Below are positions 63,486 to 64,000 of a stretch of DNA of 64,000 bases, in pieces; within the stretch, counting starts at the first letter, position 1; each line of letters begins with the position of its first letter. Below the pieces are notes generated by a model. The model searched no databases. It was not told the DNA's origin and saw only the letters and a program-made list of their open reading frames with translations. The stretch covers positions 17,342,171 through 17,406,170 of the forward strand of contig CM119263.1 in the NCBI GenBank assembly GCA_051294375.1, given 5' to 3'. The translations under genes and the position numbers were made by a program. Origin of the DNA: Paraspadella gotoi. Its lineage: Eukaryota > Animalia > Chaetognatha.

Positions 63486-64000
63486 ATGCGTCTTCATGCT
63501 TCTGCTAATTTCGCCGGCGTCAATCATTTCCTCCTCCTCGTCGTTTTCCTCTTCCTCTTCCTTCTCCTCGCCCGCCAATCGGGCGCGTGCTCGCGTCGTC
63601 CAATCGTAAAGACGACGGTCGAGTTGTCGGCCCCGAACGCCGCTTCGGAGCCGACGTCCGCGAACTCGACGACTACGACGACGTCTCTGCCGACGCCCAC
63701 GATGACGTCGGGTTCCACTTCCGGTCAAAGGACGACGACTCGATCGACGGCGACGGCGTCTACTTCCCGCGCCCAGTCGCTGCCGCGTGAAGAGCAGCAG
63801 CCGTGTCCGGCGCCCTTGCGCGAAAACTACTGCCTCAACGACGGCACCTGCTTCATCATGGACTTACCGCAAGGTTGCTTGCCGACCGGCCGCACCTGCT
63901 TGAGCAACTGTAAATGCCGCAAAGGGTGGATGGGCGCCCGGTGCGGGGACCGCGCGATAGACAACGACGTCCTCGGCGGCGACGGAGGCGGCGACGACGG
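63486..64000 (+). CDS. Spitz/Keren/TGF-alpha-like EGF-receptor ligand precursor (3' partial)
   Basis: CCACCATG start with an open frame to the window end: MRLHASANFAGVNHFLLLVVFLFLFLLLARQSGA-CSRRP.., a Thr/Ser-rich stalk, then CPAPLRENYCLNDGTCFIMDLPQGCLPTGRTCLSNCKCRKGWMGARC. A splice acceptor at about 63059 would open the 5' UTR exon. Confidence 0.8.
   Translation, partial: MRLHASANFAGVNHFLLLVVFLFLFLLLARQSGACSRRPIVKTTVELSAPNAASEPTSANSTTTTTSLPTPTMTSGSTSGQRTTTRSTATASTSRAQSLPREEQQPCPAPLRENYCLNDGTCFIMDLPQGCLPTGRTCLSNCKCRKGWMGARCGDRAIDNDVLGGDGGGDD

Overview
Intron-containing, AT-rich animal (invertebrate-type) genomic DNA with GC-rich exons, many 60-120 nt GT-AG introns and three N gaps. Genes: a Torso-like receptor tyrosine kinase (+, 10677-16587), a secernin (+, 17549-21052), a multi-Tudor germline/piRNA-type protein with about 9 extended Tudor domains (-, 21614-33855), a 14-3-3 (-, 35258-36115), tRNA-Gly(CCC) genes, a Ser/Gly-rich orphan-like gene (+, about 50593-53836), an MS4A/CD20-like tetraspan protein (-, 55922-56891) and a Spitz/Keren-like EGF ligand precursor that runs off the window end (+, 63486->64000; absent from the ORF track). 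About 11.2 kb (38171-49377) is an indel-riddled second copy of 25378-36851, most likely an uncollapsed low-quality contig end or haplotig. The non-coding DNA holds an internally deleted hAT (hATm-like) element with an 8-bp TSD, Tc1/mariner-type MITEs and a MITE family with degenerate TTAGGG telomere-like tracts. The most unusual signal is three short cassettes in which a Penelope-type minimal hammerhead ribozyme (intact, degenerate or half) lies between 32-44 bp inverted arms; two of them are nested inside DNA-transposon MITEs. Exon boundaries and family calls come from manual reading, not from database searches.
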